A stretch of DNA of 64,000 nt from an uncultured delta proteobacterium (GTDB taxonomy: Bacteria > Myxococcota_A > Polyangia > Polyangiales > Polyangiaceae): the NCBI GenBank assembly GCA_963850305.1, contig CAWKKR010000008.1:1664001-1728000 (forward strand). Direction: 5' to 3'. The position numbers were made by a program, and so were the translations under genes. Positions 38,664-49,257 of the stretch are shown in pieces (position 1 is the first letter of the stretch; each line of letters starts with the position of its first letter). The notes below the pieces were generated by a model. It saw nothing but the letters and a program-made list of their open reading frames with translations, did not search any database and was not told where the DNA came from.

Positions 38664-39581
38664 ATGACCAACGTGCTCGTTACCGGCGGCGCCGGGTTCA
38701 TCGGCCTGCACCTCGTCGCGCGGCTCATCGAGCGCGGCGCGAGCGTCGTCATCCTGGACAACATGAAGCGGGCATCCAGAGCGAGCGTCGCGCCCCACGA
38801 GCGGAGCGGTCGTGTTCGCGTGATCGAAGGCGATATCCGCAGCTTCGAGGCCGTGGCGATCGCGGTGAGAGGATGCGACACGGTCTTTCACCTCGCCGCG
38901 CAGTCCAACGTGATGGGTGCGATCGACGATCCCGACTACAGCATCACGACGAACGTTCTCGGGACGTTCAACGTGCTTCGTGCCGCGGCGGACGCCGGGG
39001 TTCGGAAGGTCGTATTCACGTCGTCGCGGGAGGTGTACGGCGATCCGACGTCGCTGCCGGTCGACGAGAGCGCTCCGCTCCTGGCAAAGAACCCTTACGG
39101 CGCGAGCAAGGTCGCCGGGGAGGCCTACTGCCGCACGTTTGCGAATACGCGAGGGCTTTCGGTACATGTCGTCCGCCTCGCGAACGTTTACGGCCCCGGA
39201 GACAGCGGTCGGGTGATTCCGCTCTGGATAATGGCGGCGCGGAGCGGCGCGAATCTTCAGGTCTACGGCGGCGAGCAGGTCATCGATTTCCTGTGGGTCG
39301 GAACGGCGGTGGACGCCCTACTGTTCGCGGCAAAGGCGGGTCTCCCCGGTCCCGTGAACATCGGAAGCGGCGTCGGGACGAAGATCCTGGATCTCGCAGA
39401 GCGCGTGCTCGCGGCGACGGGTTCGAAGAGCAACGTCGTCAGGACGCCTGCTCGCGAGATCGAGGTGGCAAAGTTCATCGCGGACGTTCGGCTCATGCGG
39501 TCGCTGGGCCTTTCGCCGGAAACCGATCCGCTCGAGCATCTCACGGAGATCGTTCCCGCGTATCCACCCTCCGTGGGGTGA
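38664..39581 (+). CDS. NAD-dependent sugar epimerase/dehydratase
   Basis: VTGGAGFIG, HLAA, SSREVYG, YGASK, NVYGP. Confidence 0.92.
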   Translation: MTNVLVTGGAGFIGLHLVARLIERGASVVILDNMKRASRASVAPHERSGRVRVIEGDIRSFEAVAIAVRGCDTVFHLAAQSNVMGAIDDPDYSITTNVLGTFNVLRAAADAGVRKVVFTSSREVYGDPTSLPVDESAPLLAKNPYGASKVAGEAYCRTFANTRGLSVHVVRLANVYGPGDSGRVIPLWIMAARSGANLQVYGGEQVIDFLWVGTAVDALLFAAKAGLPGPVNIGSGVGTKILDLAERVLAATGSKSNVVRTPAREIEVAKFIADVRLMRSLGLSPETDPLEHLTEIVPAYPPSVG

Positions 39582-39600
39582 GCCCAGATCCCTCGGAGTG

Positions 39601-41103
39601 CTAAGCGTTCTGACGTCGCGCTTTGCGGGAGACGATCGCGCGGATCGCGTTCATTTGTTCCGAGTCGAGCCCCCCGATGGCCCAGAGAACGCCGGCATAC
39701 GCGGCGACCGCGACGGGTGCGGCCAGGAACGAGTTCACCCCGGAGAGAACGCGAGCGACGACCACCATGCCGACCCCTGCGACGAGGGCTTTCCCGATTC
39801 CGCGAAGCAGCGGCGGGGTGACGATCCCGCGTGGCGCGACGACGAGTCCGGCGATCACGGTCAGAAATTCACTGAATACGGTCGCGACGCAAACGCCGAG
39901 GCTGCCGTTCCCGGAGTGCCTCGCAAACCACGGGATGAGCACGGGATCGATGACCGCACTGATCACCACGCCACCGAGTTGCACGAGGGCCCACCGCTTC
40001 TGCAGGCCGGCCGCAGCCACCGCGGTACCGAGCGTCATCGAAAAATAAACCAGAAGCACGAAGACGGAGAGCACGCGAAGATCGTCCCCGGCCGGTCCGA
40101 ATGCGGAGTGGCCGAAAATGTCGATACCGATGTCCGCATAGAGTCCGCACCCCAGGGCGATCGGAACGACGAGGATCGTCGCCGTGCAGAGCGCGCCGCT
40201 GGTGCTGCGCCGGAATGCGTCGGCGTCCTCGGCGTGGAGCCGGCAGAGGGTCGGGTACAGCGCACTCACGAGCGAGGCTGCTGGAAACACCAGCACGCCG
40301 ACCAGCTTTCGTGCCGCAGCGAGCCATCCCATGGCTTCGGGGGTGGACAGTCTTGCGAGGAAAATGACGTCGACGTTCGGCTGAAGAGCCACCGCGAGGG
40401 CCGTGAACAGGAACGGCGCTCCGTCCTTCAACAGACGTTCGAGGCTATCGCGGCGCACTCTCAGCGCGGTGACCCCGACGGAACGCGCCGAAAGCACCAC
40501 CGGGACGCAGACGAGGAGGCTTGCGAGTGCCAGGACGCCGAGCGTCGCGCGGAGCTGTCCGCCGAGCAGCAACGTCGGTATCACGAGCAGCGCGGTGACG
40601 AGTTGCAGGCCCACGACCGAGTACGCGCGCACGTCCGCCCGCTCGAAGCCCATGACGGTGTCGGTGACGGCCGCGGTGACGGTGTAGATCGTGTTGGCGA
40701 GCACGACCAACGCGAGCGCCCACTGGAGGTCCGAGCCGTAGCCGAGCATCCGCCCAGCGAGGGCGAGGATCATATAAACGAACGGTGTCGCGAAAGCGCG
40801 CCACGCGAGCCCGCTACCGAGGAGCTCACCGGATTGCCTCCGATCTCGAGCGACCATCGAGGGCAAAGTTCCGGACTGGCCGCCTTCGACGACGAGGGAG
40901 CCGAGCCCGGCCATCATGCCGGCAAGGTAGATGAATCCGAAGTCACGCACGCCGAGGTGCCGCGCCATCACCGCGTTTACGAGGATGGAGAGCGGCATTC
41001 CGAGCGCCTGGGCCACGATCAAGAACAACGTGTTCTTGAGGACGATGCTGTGCGAAGTGGGCCGCGCCGCGTCGTCGGGGGGGCGAATCTCGACGTCGTT
41101 CAT
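39601..41103 (-). CDS. wzx: Wzx-type oligosaccharide flippase
   Basis: More than 10 TM helices; KNTLFL...ARHLGVRDFG; DVIFLARL...MGW...ARKL...LYPTL (MOP/PST pattern). Confidence 0.85.
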   Translation of the reverse strand: MNDVEIRPPDDAARPTSHSIVLKNTLFLIVAQALGMPLSILVNAVMARHLGVRDFGFIYLAGMMAGLGSLVVEGGQSGTLPSMVARDRRQSGELLGSGLAWRAFATPFVYMILALAGRMLGYGSDLQWALALVVLANTIYTVTAAVTDTVMGFERADVRAYSVVGLQLVTALLVIPTLLLGGQLRATLGVLALASLLVCVPVVLSARSVGVTALRVRRDSLERLLKDGAPFLFTALAVALQPNVDVIFLARLSTPEAMGWLAAARKLVGVLVFPAASLVSALYPTLCRLHAEDADAFRRSTSGALCTATILVVPIALGCGLYADIGIDIFGHSAFGPAGDDLRVLSVFVLLVYFSMTLGTAVAAAGLQKRWALVQLGGVVISAVIDPVLIPWFARHSGNGSLGVCVATVFSEFLTVIAGLVVAPRGIVTPPLLRGIGKALVAGVGMVVVARVLSGVNSFLAAPVAVAAYAGVLWAIGGLDSEQMNAIRAIVSRKARRQNA

Positions 41104-41235
41104 GGATTTCGTCGCCCGCGCTCCCTCGCTATAGACGATCGCAAGCGAACAATCATACCCAGGCGAAGGTGTCGCGCGCGAGCCCGCCCTCCCTCTTGAC
41201 AGCCAGGTATCCGATGATACCGCCCGGTAACGCGA

Positions 41236-42249
41236 ATGCTCGAGTCAGTCGGTCTTTCCGTCGTCATTCCGACCTTCAACCGCAAAGAGCGCCTTTCGCG
41301 AGTACTCGCCGCGCTGGAACGGCAATCCGAGACCGCGGGTAGTTTCGAGGTAGTCGTCGTCGACGACGGGTCGACTGACGGCACCGCGGAATCCCTCCAG
41401 GCGCCGAGGTCCCGCTTCTCTCTGCAGATCTGCCGGCAACAGAACCACGGTCCCGCAAGGGCTCGAAACCATGGCGTAGAAAAAGCCCGCGGCCAGTTCG
41501 TCTTGTTTCTGGACGATGACGTGGAGCCGTTACCCGAGCTCATCATGGAACACCTTCGGGTGCATCGCAGCGAGGGAGCGCCGGTGGTCGTGATGGGGCC
41601 GCTCTCGTCTTTGCCTCACTATGCGCAGCCATGGGTGGCCTGGGAGCAGGCCAAGCTCGAGGCCCAATACGACGCGATGAGCCGCGGCGTCTACGCTCCC
41701 ACGTTCAGGCAATTTTGGACTGGAAACGCTTCGGTGGCGCGCGAGCACATCGTCGCCAGCGGCGGGTTCAATCCCGAATTCCTTCGCGGAGAGGACGTGG
41801 AGCTCGGCGTTCGTCTCCATGCACGAGGGCTCGGGTTCAGATTCAACCCCCGAGCGATCGGGTTCCACCACGCGGAACGATCGCTCGACTCGTGGTTGAA
41901 GGCGCACGCGAGCTATGGCCGGCTCGAGGTCGAGATTTTCGGTCATCTGGGGGAGCGTGAGCTCGTCGCTGCGCTGGCCGACAATTTCAGTCGTCTGCAT
42001 CGCGTTACACGGACGACACTCTATAGTTGCGTCGGGCGGCCGAAGCTTCACGCGACCGTCGTCGACTTCTTTCGGGCGTGGCTCCTTTCCCCCGCAGCGG
42101 CGCGCGCGCCGGTCGTGTCTCAGCGCGTCTGTAGCGTTCTCGCGAATCTCCTCTACTGGCACGCGTCTGCTGCGGCGCTCGGTCCGGCTCGTTTCCACGA
42201 GGTGCTGCACGCCGCGAGCGAGAGGACTCCGCCGCGAGTGCGACGCTGA
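41236..42249 (+). CDS. GT2-family glycosyltransferase
   Basis: SVVIPTFNR, VVDDGSTDGT, GPARARN, FLDDD, TGNAS, GEDVELG.R. Confidence 0.92.
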   Translation: MLESVGLSVVIPTFNRKERLSRVLAALERQSETAGSFEVVVVDDGSTDGTAESLQAPRSRFSLQICRQQNHGPARARNHGVEKARGQFVLFLDDDVEPLPELIMEHLRVHRSEGAPVVVMGPLSSLPHYAQPWVAWEQAKLEAQYDAMSRGVYAPTFRQFWTGNASVAREHIVASGGFNPEFLRGEDVELGVRLHARGLGFRFNPRAIGFHHAERSLDSWLKAHASYGRLEVEIFGHLGERELVAALADNFSRLHRVTRTTLYSCVGRPKLHATVVDFFRAWLLSPAAARAPVVSQRVCSVLANLLYWHASAAALGPARFHEVLHAASERTPPRVRR

Positions 42250-42334
42250 GTGTGCAAGATTTGCACAACACCGGCGATCGCGTGACGTTTCCGGTGATCC
42301 ATCCGGTCCTGCCGTCGTGGTAAGAGCCTGCCCG

Positions 42335-43705
42335 ATGGGTCAACTCCACGTCGCCGTCATAGGCACCGGATATGTCGGTCTGACCAATGCGGTCGCGCTC
42401 GCTCATTTGGGATGTCACGTGACGTGCGTCGATGTCGACGAGCGGAAGATCGCGCAGATCAACACAGGCAAGCTTCCGATCTACGAGCCGTATCTCGAGG
42501 AGCTCTCGAAGATGTCGCGGAGCCGGCTCGTCTTCACGACGGATTACGCGGTTGCAGTTCCTTCGGCGGACGTCGTGTTCATCGCCGTCGGAACCCCGCC
42601 GGGCCGCGAAGGAGCGCCGGATCTGAAGTACCTCGAGAGCGCCGCAAGAGCGGTCGGGGCACACCTGGGCGAAAAATTCACCGTCGTCGTGAACAAGTCG
42701 ACCGTGCCGATCGGAAGCGGAAACTGGGTCGAATCCATCGTGCGCGAAGCGTTCATCGGGCGCCGCGGATCGAAAGCAGAGCGTCGCTTCGCCGTCGCGT
42801 CAAACCCGGAGTTCTTGCGCGAAGGATCGGCCCTTCTGGATACGCTGTATCCGGACCGCACCGTCATCGGCGCCGACGACATTCGCGCCGTTCACGCTCT
42901 CGCCGATCTCTACCGGCCTATCACGGAACAAACGTTCGTCGCGCCAACTTTTCTCCCGCGGCCGGATGGTCTCGCCACCGTGCCGCTGATCACGACGGAC
43001 CTCGCGTCGGCCGAGCTCATCAAGTATTCGGCGAACGCGTTTCTGTCCCTCAAACTGAGCTTCATCAACGAGATCGCGGAGCTCGCGGAGAAGGTCGGCG
43101 CGGACGTCACGCAAGTTGCCAGGGGCATCGGGAGCGACGCACGGATCGGGAATCGATTTCTACTGGCGGGGATCGGTTGGGGCGGCTCCTGCTTCGGCAA
43201 GGACACTGCCGCTCTGGTGGCAACAGGGCGCGAATATGGGCTCTCGATGCCCATCGTCGCTGCGGCGCGCGAAGTGAATGCGCGTCAACGCGAACGGGTG
43301 ATAGAGAAGCTTCTCGGTGAGCTCAAGATCTTGAAAGGCCGGACCGTCGGGCTCCTTGGGCTTGCGTTCAAGCCGCTCACGGATGATCTTCGCGACGCGC
43401 CGGCACTCGACATCGCGCGGAGGCTCATCGAGCGCGGCGCCAAGGTTCGAGCACACGATCCCATCGCTCTCGAGCGAGCGCGTGCAGAAGCGGGCCTGCC
43501 GATCGAATACTGCGAAACGGCGGCTGCCGTGGCCGAAGAGGCGGATGCAATCGTCCTCGCGACGGAGTGGTCCGAATACGTCGACCTGCCCTGGACGGAA
43601 ATGGCAAAGGCCATGCGCGCGCCCTTGATCCTGGATGGGCGAAACGCATTGCCCCGTCTCGTCCTGGAACAGGCTGGTTTCCGTTACATCGGAATGGGAA
43701 GGTAA
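42335..43705 (+). CDS. ugd: UDP-glucose 6-dehydrogenase
   Basis: VIGTGYVGL, FIAVGTP, NKSTVPIG, SNPEFLREG, AELIKY.AN, GWGGSCFGKD, GLAFKP.TDDLR. Confidence 0.95.
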   Translation: MGQLHVAVIGTGYVGLTNAVALAHLGCHVTCVDVDERKIAQINTGKLPIYEPYLEELSKMSRSRLVFTTDYAVAVPSADVVFIAVGTPPGREGAPDLKYLESAARAVGAHLGEKFTVVVNKSTVPIGSGNWVESIVREAFIGRRGSKAERRFAVASNPEFLREGSALLDTLYPDRTVIGADDIRAVHALADLYRPITEQTFVAPTFLPRPDGLATVPLITTDLASAELIKYSANAFLSLKLSFINEIAELAEKVGADVTQVARGIGSDARIGNRFLLAGIGWGGSCFGKDTAALVATGREYGLSMPIVAAAREVNARQRERVIEKLLGELKILKGRTVGLLGLAFKPLTDDLRDAPALDIARRLIERGAKVRAHDPIALERARAEAGLPIEYCETAAAVAEEADAIVLATEWSEYVDLPWTEMAKAMRAPLILDGRNALPRLVLEQAGFRYIGMGR

Positions 43706-43708
43706 AAC

Positions 43709-44638
43709 GTGCGAATATTGATCACGGGGGCAGCCGGCTTCGTCGGGAGTCATCTCGCGGCGAGGCTTCTTCGAGATGGCCATCGCGTCATCGGCGTAGA
43801 CAACTTCGTCACCGGAAGCCGGGACAACCTCGCCGACAAGATCGAAGACCCGAGCTTCGAATTCGTCGAAGCTGACGCCATCAATCCGCTCACCGTGGAG
43901 GGCGAACTCGATTGGGTGATGCATTTTGCCTGTCCGGCCTCGCCGCCGAAGTATCTCGCACGCCCGATCGAAACGCTCCGCGTCAGCGGGGAAGGCACGT
44001 ACCATTTGCTCGAACTCGCCGAGCGAAAGAAGGCGCAATTTTTCCTGGCGAGCACGAGCGAGGTTTACGGCGATCCACTGGTGCACCCGCAGCCCGAAAG
44101 TTACTGGGGTCACGTGAACCCGGTCGGCGAGCGGAGCGTTTACGATGAGGGAAAGCGCTACGCCGAGGCGATGACCGCTGCGTATCACCGCGGTCGGGGG
44201 TTGCCCATTCGCATCATCCGCATCTTCAACACCTATGGTCCGAAGATGGCGGCCGAAGACGGTCGCGTCGTCACGAACTTCGTCGTGCGCGCTCTCAAGG
44301 GACAATCGCTGGTTCTGTACGGTGAGGGCACCCAGACGCGAAGCTTCCAGTACGTCGACGATCTGGTGGAGGGCGTCGTTCGATTGATGGCAAAGCCATT
44401 CTTCCATCCCGTGAACCTCGGGAACCCGGATGAATACACGATCAGGATGTTCGCCGAGGTCATACGGGAACTGATTCCGACCGCGGGGCCTCTGGTTTTC
44501 GGGCCTCTTCCGTCGGATGATCCGAAGCAGCGCAAGCCTGACATCGCTGTGGCAAAGAAGCTGCTCGACTGGCAGCCGACCGTTCCACTTCGCGCCGGCA
44601 TCCGCGCGACGATCGACTACTTCCGCCCTCGGATCTGA
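43709..44638 (+). CDS. UDP-glucuronate decarboxylase (UDP-xylose synthase)
   Basis: ITGAAGFVG, HFACPASP, ASTSEVYGDP, YWGHVNPVG.RSVYDEGKR, RIFNTYGP, DGRVV.NF, DDPKQRKPDI. Confidence 0.9.
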   Translation: MRILITGAAGFVGSHLAARLLRDGHRVIGVDNFVTGSRDNLADKIEDPSFEFVEADAINPLTVEGELDWVMHFACPASPPKYLARPIETLRVSGEGTYHLLELAERKKAQFFLASTSEVYGDPLVHPQPESYWGHVNPVGERSVYDEGKRYAEAMTAAYHRGRGLPIRIIRIFNTYGPKMAAEDGRVVTNFVVRALKGQSLVLYGEGTQTRSFQYVDDLVEGVVRLMAKPFFHPVNLGNPDEYTIRMFAEVIRELIPTAGPLVFGPLPSDDPKQRKPDIAVAKKLLDWQPTVPLRAGIRATIDYFRPRI

Positions 44639-44785
44639 AGACACCGAGGGCCCCTTGCTCCGAGCGCGCGCCAATCTCTCGGCGCTCTCGCTCCTCGGCG
44701 TGCGTTCGCACGCCTGCGGGGGCTCACCCCCTGCGCGCCTTGCTCCGACGTTCACCCCACGCTACAGCACGCGAACAAGTCGCGC

Positions 44786-45959
44786 ATGAAGCGTCTCGTG
44801 CTGCTTGCTTCGTTGGTCGCCCTTCCGCTGTCCGCGGGGTGCATCGTTGCACCCTGTCCGCGTGGGCTCGTTTGCGGCGTGGTGGGGGCGGGAGGCGCGG
44901 GCGGCTCCGCGGGCGAGAGCGACGGTGACGTGCCCCTCAGGGAAGCAGGCGCCGACGGCACAGTCAATGCTCCGACTGGAACCTGGACCAACGTGACCGG
45001 CAGCCTTGCCGGTATGGATTCCGAATGCGGCAACATGTCGTTCGTGTCGGCCAAGCCGGACGAGGATTCTGCTCATCGCTGGCGTCGCCCTGAGGGGGCT
45101 GTGGGCGAGCACGGACGGAGGGGCGACGTGGCACGCCTTTGGGACGGGTGATGCCAGCTCGGGACCCATCACCAATCGGACGAGCTCCATCGTCTACGAT
45201 CCGGATCATCCCGAACGGTTCTGGGAAAGCGGGATCTACGACGGGGGCGGTGTTTACATCACGTCGGACGACGGAGAGACGTTCTCGGTCCTGGGCGATT
45301 CGCACCACGTGGACCTGGTGAGTATCGACTTCGAGGATCCCGACCGAAAGACGCTGGTTGCGGGTGGCCACGAGCAGTCTCGGACGCTCTACCAATCTTC
45401 GGACCGAGGCGCGACGTGGGCGAACATAGGGCTCAACTTCCGGAACGCGACCGACGTCTGCACGCGTCCTCTCGTGCTTACTCCAAGCAGCTATCTGGTC
45501 GGTTGTTCGACGTACGATGGCGGCGTCGACGGCATCCAGCGAACGACCGACTCCGGCAAGACCTGGTCACGAGTGACCAACTCCGTTGGCGGCGCGTCGG
45601 AGCCCCTGACTGCTTCCGACGGCGCGATCTACTGGACGACGGCCGGCGGCGGGATGGCGAAGAGCGTCGACGGTGGTCGAACCTTCACACAAATCGAGGG
45701 CTCCGAGGCGATCACGTCGCAATCGCCTCGGGAACTTCCGGGCGGGAGCATCGTTGCCCTCGGTCGCGATTACGTCATGCTGTCCAGGGATCACGGAGCG
45801 ACCTGGGACGCCGTGAGTTCGAAGCTTCCATACCAGGACGCTGTCGGAGTCGCGTACTCGAGGCAAGAGCGGGCGTTCTTCATCTGGCACTTCACTTGCG
45901 CGGACACGGTGCCGGCGGACGCGATCATGCGTTACGACTTCGACTACGAGAAAGACTGA
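44786..45959 (+). pseudogene. BNR/Asp-box beta-propeller lipoprotein split by a frameshift (pseudogene or sequencing error)
   Basis: ORF 44786 (lipobox SAGC...KPDED) continues into frame +1 LLIAGVALRGLWASTDGGATW if one base at about 45068 is removed; multiple SxDxGxTW Asp-boxes. Confidence 0.75.
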
Positions 45960-45969
45960 CGCGCCACCG

Positions 45970-47139
45970 ATGGATTCTGCAGCAACGACCCAGTCAGCGA
46001 GTCCCGGGCGGCGCTACCTCGGTCACGTGGAAGGGCTTCGCGCTCTGGCGGCGCTGATGGTCTTCCTGAACCACGCTTACGCGCAAAGCTACCGCGGGGG
46101 TCTGGACCACGCGACCGGGCTGCTGGCACCATTCAGCCTGTCGATGATTGGCGGTCATCTGGCCGTCAGCGTCTTCATCGTCATCTCGGGGTTTTGCCTG
46201 ACGCTGCCCGTCGTCGACGCGAAGGGTGAGCTCCGCGGTGGCACACGCGCCTTCTTCAAACGACGCGCACGGCGCATCTTGCCGCCTTACTACGGGGCAC
46301 TCGGGCTCTCCTTGCTACTGATCCTGACGCTCATCGGGAACAAGACAGGGACCTTGTGGGACGTCTCGAATCAGATCGACTGGAAAGCGTTTGTCGCGCA
46401 CGTGGCACTGGTCCAGGACCTATTTCGTACCGGACGCATCAACTACGTGTTCTGGTCGATCGCGGTCGAATGGCACATCTATTTTCTGTTTCCCCTGCTG
46501 CTGTGGGGCGTCCGTCGCGTCGGCGTCGTCCGGGTCACCATGGCTGCGTTGCTCTTAGGCTACGCGATCCGCTTCGGGTTCGACGGTGACCGAATCGAGC
46601 GCGCCAATCCACAGTATCTCGGCCTGTTCGCGCTCGGCATGCTCGCGGCTTACGTCACATCATCCCCGGAAACGAGGTTCGTGCGGCTCCGCGGGAGCCG
46701 GTGGTGGAGCGTGCTCGCCGCGTGTCTTCTTCTTCTCACGACCTCGCTCGCCGCCAGGTGGGGCGTCGCCGTCGGCGTCACGCGATTCCACTACCTCGAC
46801 GGTCTCGTCGGGGCGATGGCGATGGCGACGCTGATCCACGCGTCGTCGTGGCCGAAGTCGCGGCTCACGCGCTTTCTCTCCCGGAGGTCGCTCGTCTTCG
46901 TCGGCACGTTCTCGTATAGCTTGTATCTGGTGCACGCCCCCTTGCTCCAGCTGCTGTGGCAGTACGTGCTCCATCCGTTGAACCTCACGGCTTCGGAGAT
47001 GTTCCTCGCGCTCGTCACCTTCGGCCTGGTAACGGTGCTCCTCTCGGCCTACCTGTTCTTCCGGGTATTCGAGGAACCGTTCATGCGGTCATCCTCGCGT
47101 TCGACGGTGCGGAGTCCGGGCGCGCAACCGGCGATCTGA
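45970..47139 (+). CDS. Acyltransferase-3 (OafA-like) membrane O-acyltransferase
   Basis: EGLRALAAL.V...H, AVSVFIVISGF, FFKRRARRILPPY, WSIAVEWHIY, SYSLYLVH, FEEPF. Confidence 0.92.
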   Translation: MDSAATTQSASPGRRYLGHVEGLRALAALMVFLNHAYAQSYRGGLDHATGLLAPFSLSMIGGHLAVSVFIVISGFCLTLPVVDAKGELRGGTRAFFKRRARRILPPYYGALGLSLLLILTLIGNKTGTLWDVSNQIDWKAFVAHVALVQDLFRTGRINYVFWSIAVEWHIYFLFPLLLWGVRRVGVVRVTMAALLLGYAIRFGFDGDRIERANPQYLGLFALGMLAAYVTSSPETRFVRLRGSRWWSVLAACLLLLTTSLAARWGVAVGVTRFHYLDGLVGAMAMATLIHASSWPKSRLTRFLSRRSLVFVGTFSYSLYLVHAPLLQLLWQYVLHPLNLTASEMFLALVTFGLVTVLLSAYLFFRVFEEPFMRSSSRSTVRSPGAQPAI

Positions 47140-47143
47140 GCCG

Positions 47144-48268
47144 ATGACGAGCGTAGCGTTGCGCGCGGCCGCGAGCTCGACGGTGGTGTCGCCCCCCTCA
47201 CCCTCGTTGCCGCGCGACCGCGCCCTCGACGCGCTTCGCGGGTGGGCCATCGTGCTCATGATTCTGAGTCACGTGGGCAGCCACACGCCGCTCTGCACGC
47301 TCGCGCATCTTCCTCTGTGGGTTTCTGCCGCCGATCCGTTCATCGTCTTGTCGGGTATCGTTCTAGGAATGCGCGCACGGCGGGGGCCAGTGCGCGGACT
47401 CGGCCGACGTACGTTCCAGATCTATCGCGCCCACGTCGTCATGATGGTCGCGATCATTGTCGTTCATCAGTGGACCGGGCGGCTCCGGGTTCCGTCGGTA
47501 CAGGAGGCGGGGGGCTATCTCTCGATGCTGTGGATGGTGCCGACGCTCCGTCTACAGTCCCTCGACTTCGCGAACATCTTGCCCCTGTTCATCGTGTTCT
47601 TCGTCGCATCGCCGGCGTTCATCGCGGCGATGCGTGCCGGTTCGACCGGCGCAGGGCTCGCGCTTTCGATCGGGCTCTGGGCCGTAGCGCAACGATGTCC
47701 TGAATTTCTCCGGTTCACCGATCCCGTTTCCGGGCCTCAGGTATTCGTGTTGCTGGGGTGGCAGCTCGCGTTCATCGTTGGTCTTACGGTCGGTTTCCAC
47801 CGACTCAAGCTCGCCGAACTCTGGCATCGACATCGTCGCGTCTCGTTCTCTTGCACTGTGGCGCTGGTGGGCACGGTGTTCGTCCTCGCGCAGCTTCAGC
47901 GCGGGATCCTCGAACGATTCGGCGCGCACCTCCCTCAAGCTGCCGACTGGCTATTCGCGAAAGAGACCTGGGGCCCCGTCCGGGCCGTCTACGTTTCAGG
48001 ATTGATGCTGCTCGCGTATCTGGGGTTGTCGCGATTCCGGTCCAGACTCCGGGTGGCTCCGCTCCGGTTCACGTTCGATTCGTTGGAACTGATCGGAAAG
48101 AACAGTCTCTATTGTTTCTTCGCGCACCTGCCGTTCGCACTCGTCGCGTCGGCGGTTCACTTCGACGACCTACCAATGGTCATCCAGCAGCCCGCGAGCA
48201 TCGGCGTCATCGCGGCCGTGTTCCTGATGGCGAAGCACCGAATATTGTGGCGCTATATCCCCAGCTAG
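47144..48268 (+). CDS. OpgC-domain membrane protein (putative glycan acyl/succinyl transferase)
   Basis: RDRALDALRG..I..M..SH, SAAD.FI.LSG, NILPLF, WQLAF, K...GP.R, IGKNSLYCF..H. Confidence 0.75.
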   Translation: MTSVALRAAASSTVVSPPSPSLPRDRALDALRGWAIVLMILSHVGSHTPLCTLAHLPLWVSAADPFIVLSGIVLGMRARRGPVRGLGRRTFQIYRAHVVMMVAIIVVHQWTGRLRVPSVQEAGGYLSMLWMVPTLRLQSLDFANILPLFIVFFVASPAFIAAMRAGSTGAGLALSIGLWAVAQRCPEFLRFTDPVSGPQVFVLLGWQLAFIVGLTVGFHRLKLAELWHRHRRVSFSCTVALVGTVFVLAQLQRGILERFGAHLPQAADWLFAKETWGPVRAVYVSGLMLLAYLGLSRFRSRLRVAPLRFTFDSLELIGKNSLYCFFAHLPFALVASAVHFDDLPMVIQQPASIGVIAAVFLMAKHRILWRYIPS

Positions 48269-48407
48269 CTCCACGCCCGAGCAGAAGCCGCGCGAGCCGA
48301 GTTCGTGCCGGTGCACACGGGAGCGGAAGGCCGAGCAGTCGACAGGAAGTTGACGACGGAATGGCGATCGACATCGCGTGAGTCTATGCTTTCGCGAGAA
48401 GGTCTTC

Positions 48408-49241
48408 ATGCTCGAGAACATCGCGAAATCGCCTCGAACGGCTCCGGGTCCGACGGGTCGCATCCGCCGCGAGGACGCAAGGGTGGCGCTTTTCGGAATG
48501 AAGCTCGACGCCGTCACGATGAGCGAAGCGGTGGAGGCGGTGCTGTCGATGGCGCGGACCGCGGGGAAGTGCAGATTCGTGGTGACGCCGAACGTCGATC
48601 ACGTGCTCATTTTCCAACGCACCGAGGCGCTCCGGCGCGCGTACGCCGCCGCGTCCCTCATCGTCGCAGACGGCTTGCCCATAGTGCTGTCGTCTTCGCT
48701 CTTTGGCCCCGCATTGCCGGAGAGAGTTGCCGGGAGCGATCTCGTCCCCGCGGTGTTCGCCGCCGCGACGGCCTCCGCCCCGCTCCATGTCTTCCTGCTT
48801 GGGGCCGGGGCCGGTGTAGCGGAGCGAGCGGCCCGGCGGATCGAAGCCCGGTGGAATGCCGTGAGCGTCGTTGGAACTTACAGTCCGCCTCTTGGATTCG
48901 AGCGCGACCCGCGGGAAAGCGAGAAAATATTGGAACACCTCCGGCGCGTGAGGCCCGAAGTTCTCTTGATCGGCCTCGGCGCACCGAAACAGGAGATGTG
49001 GGTGCACACTCATCTCGACGAGATTGCGGCAAACGTCGCGTTGTGCGTCGGCGCTACGATAGATTTTCTCGCCGGAGAAAAGTCGCGTGCCCCGGACTGG
49101 ATGCGGCGCTCGGGACTCGAATGGGTTCACCGCATGGCGACAGAACCACGCCGCTTGGTCCCTCGCTATGCGGCAAATGCACTCGGGTTCCCTGTGCTCC
49201 TTCTACGCGAATGGCGCGCGGCGCGGTTCTCGCAGCTCTGA
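48408..49241 (+). CDS. WecB/TagA/CpsF (GT26) glycosyltransferase
   Basis: VVTPNVDH, ADG.PI, PERVAGSDL, SPP.GF, GLGAPKQE, GATIDF.AG...RAP.WM...GLEW..R...EPRRL..RY. Confidence 0.94.
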   Translation: MLENIAKSPRTAPGPTGRIRREDARVALFGMKLDAVTMSEAVEAVLSMARTAGKCRFVVTPNVDHVLIFQRTEALRRAYAAASLIVADGLPIVLSSSLFGPALPERVAGSDLVPAVFAAATASAPLHVFLLGAGAGVAERAARRIEARWNAVSVVGTYSPPLGFERDPRESEKILEHLRRVRPEVLLIGLGAPKQEMWVHTHLDEIAANVALCVGATIDFLAGEKSRAPDWMRRSGLEWVHRMATEPRRLVPRYAANALGFPVLLLREWRAARFSQL

Positions 49242-49257
49242 CCGCGGTCACCGTGGC

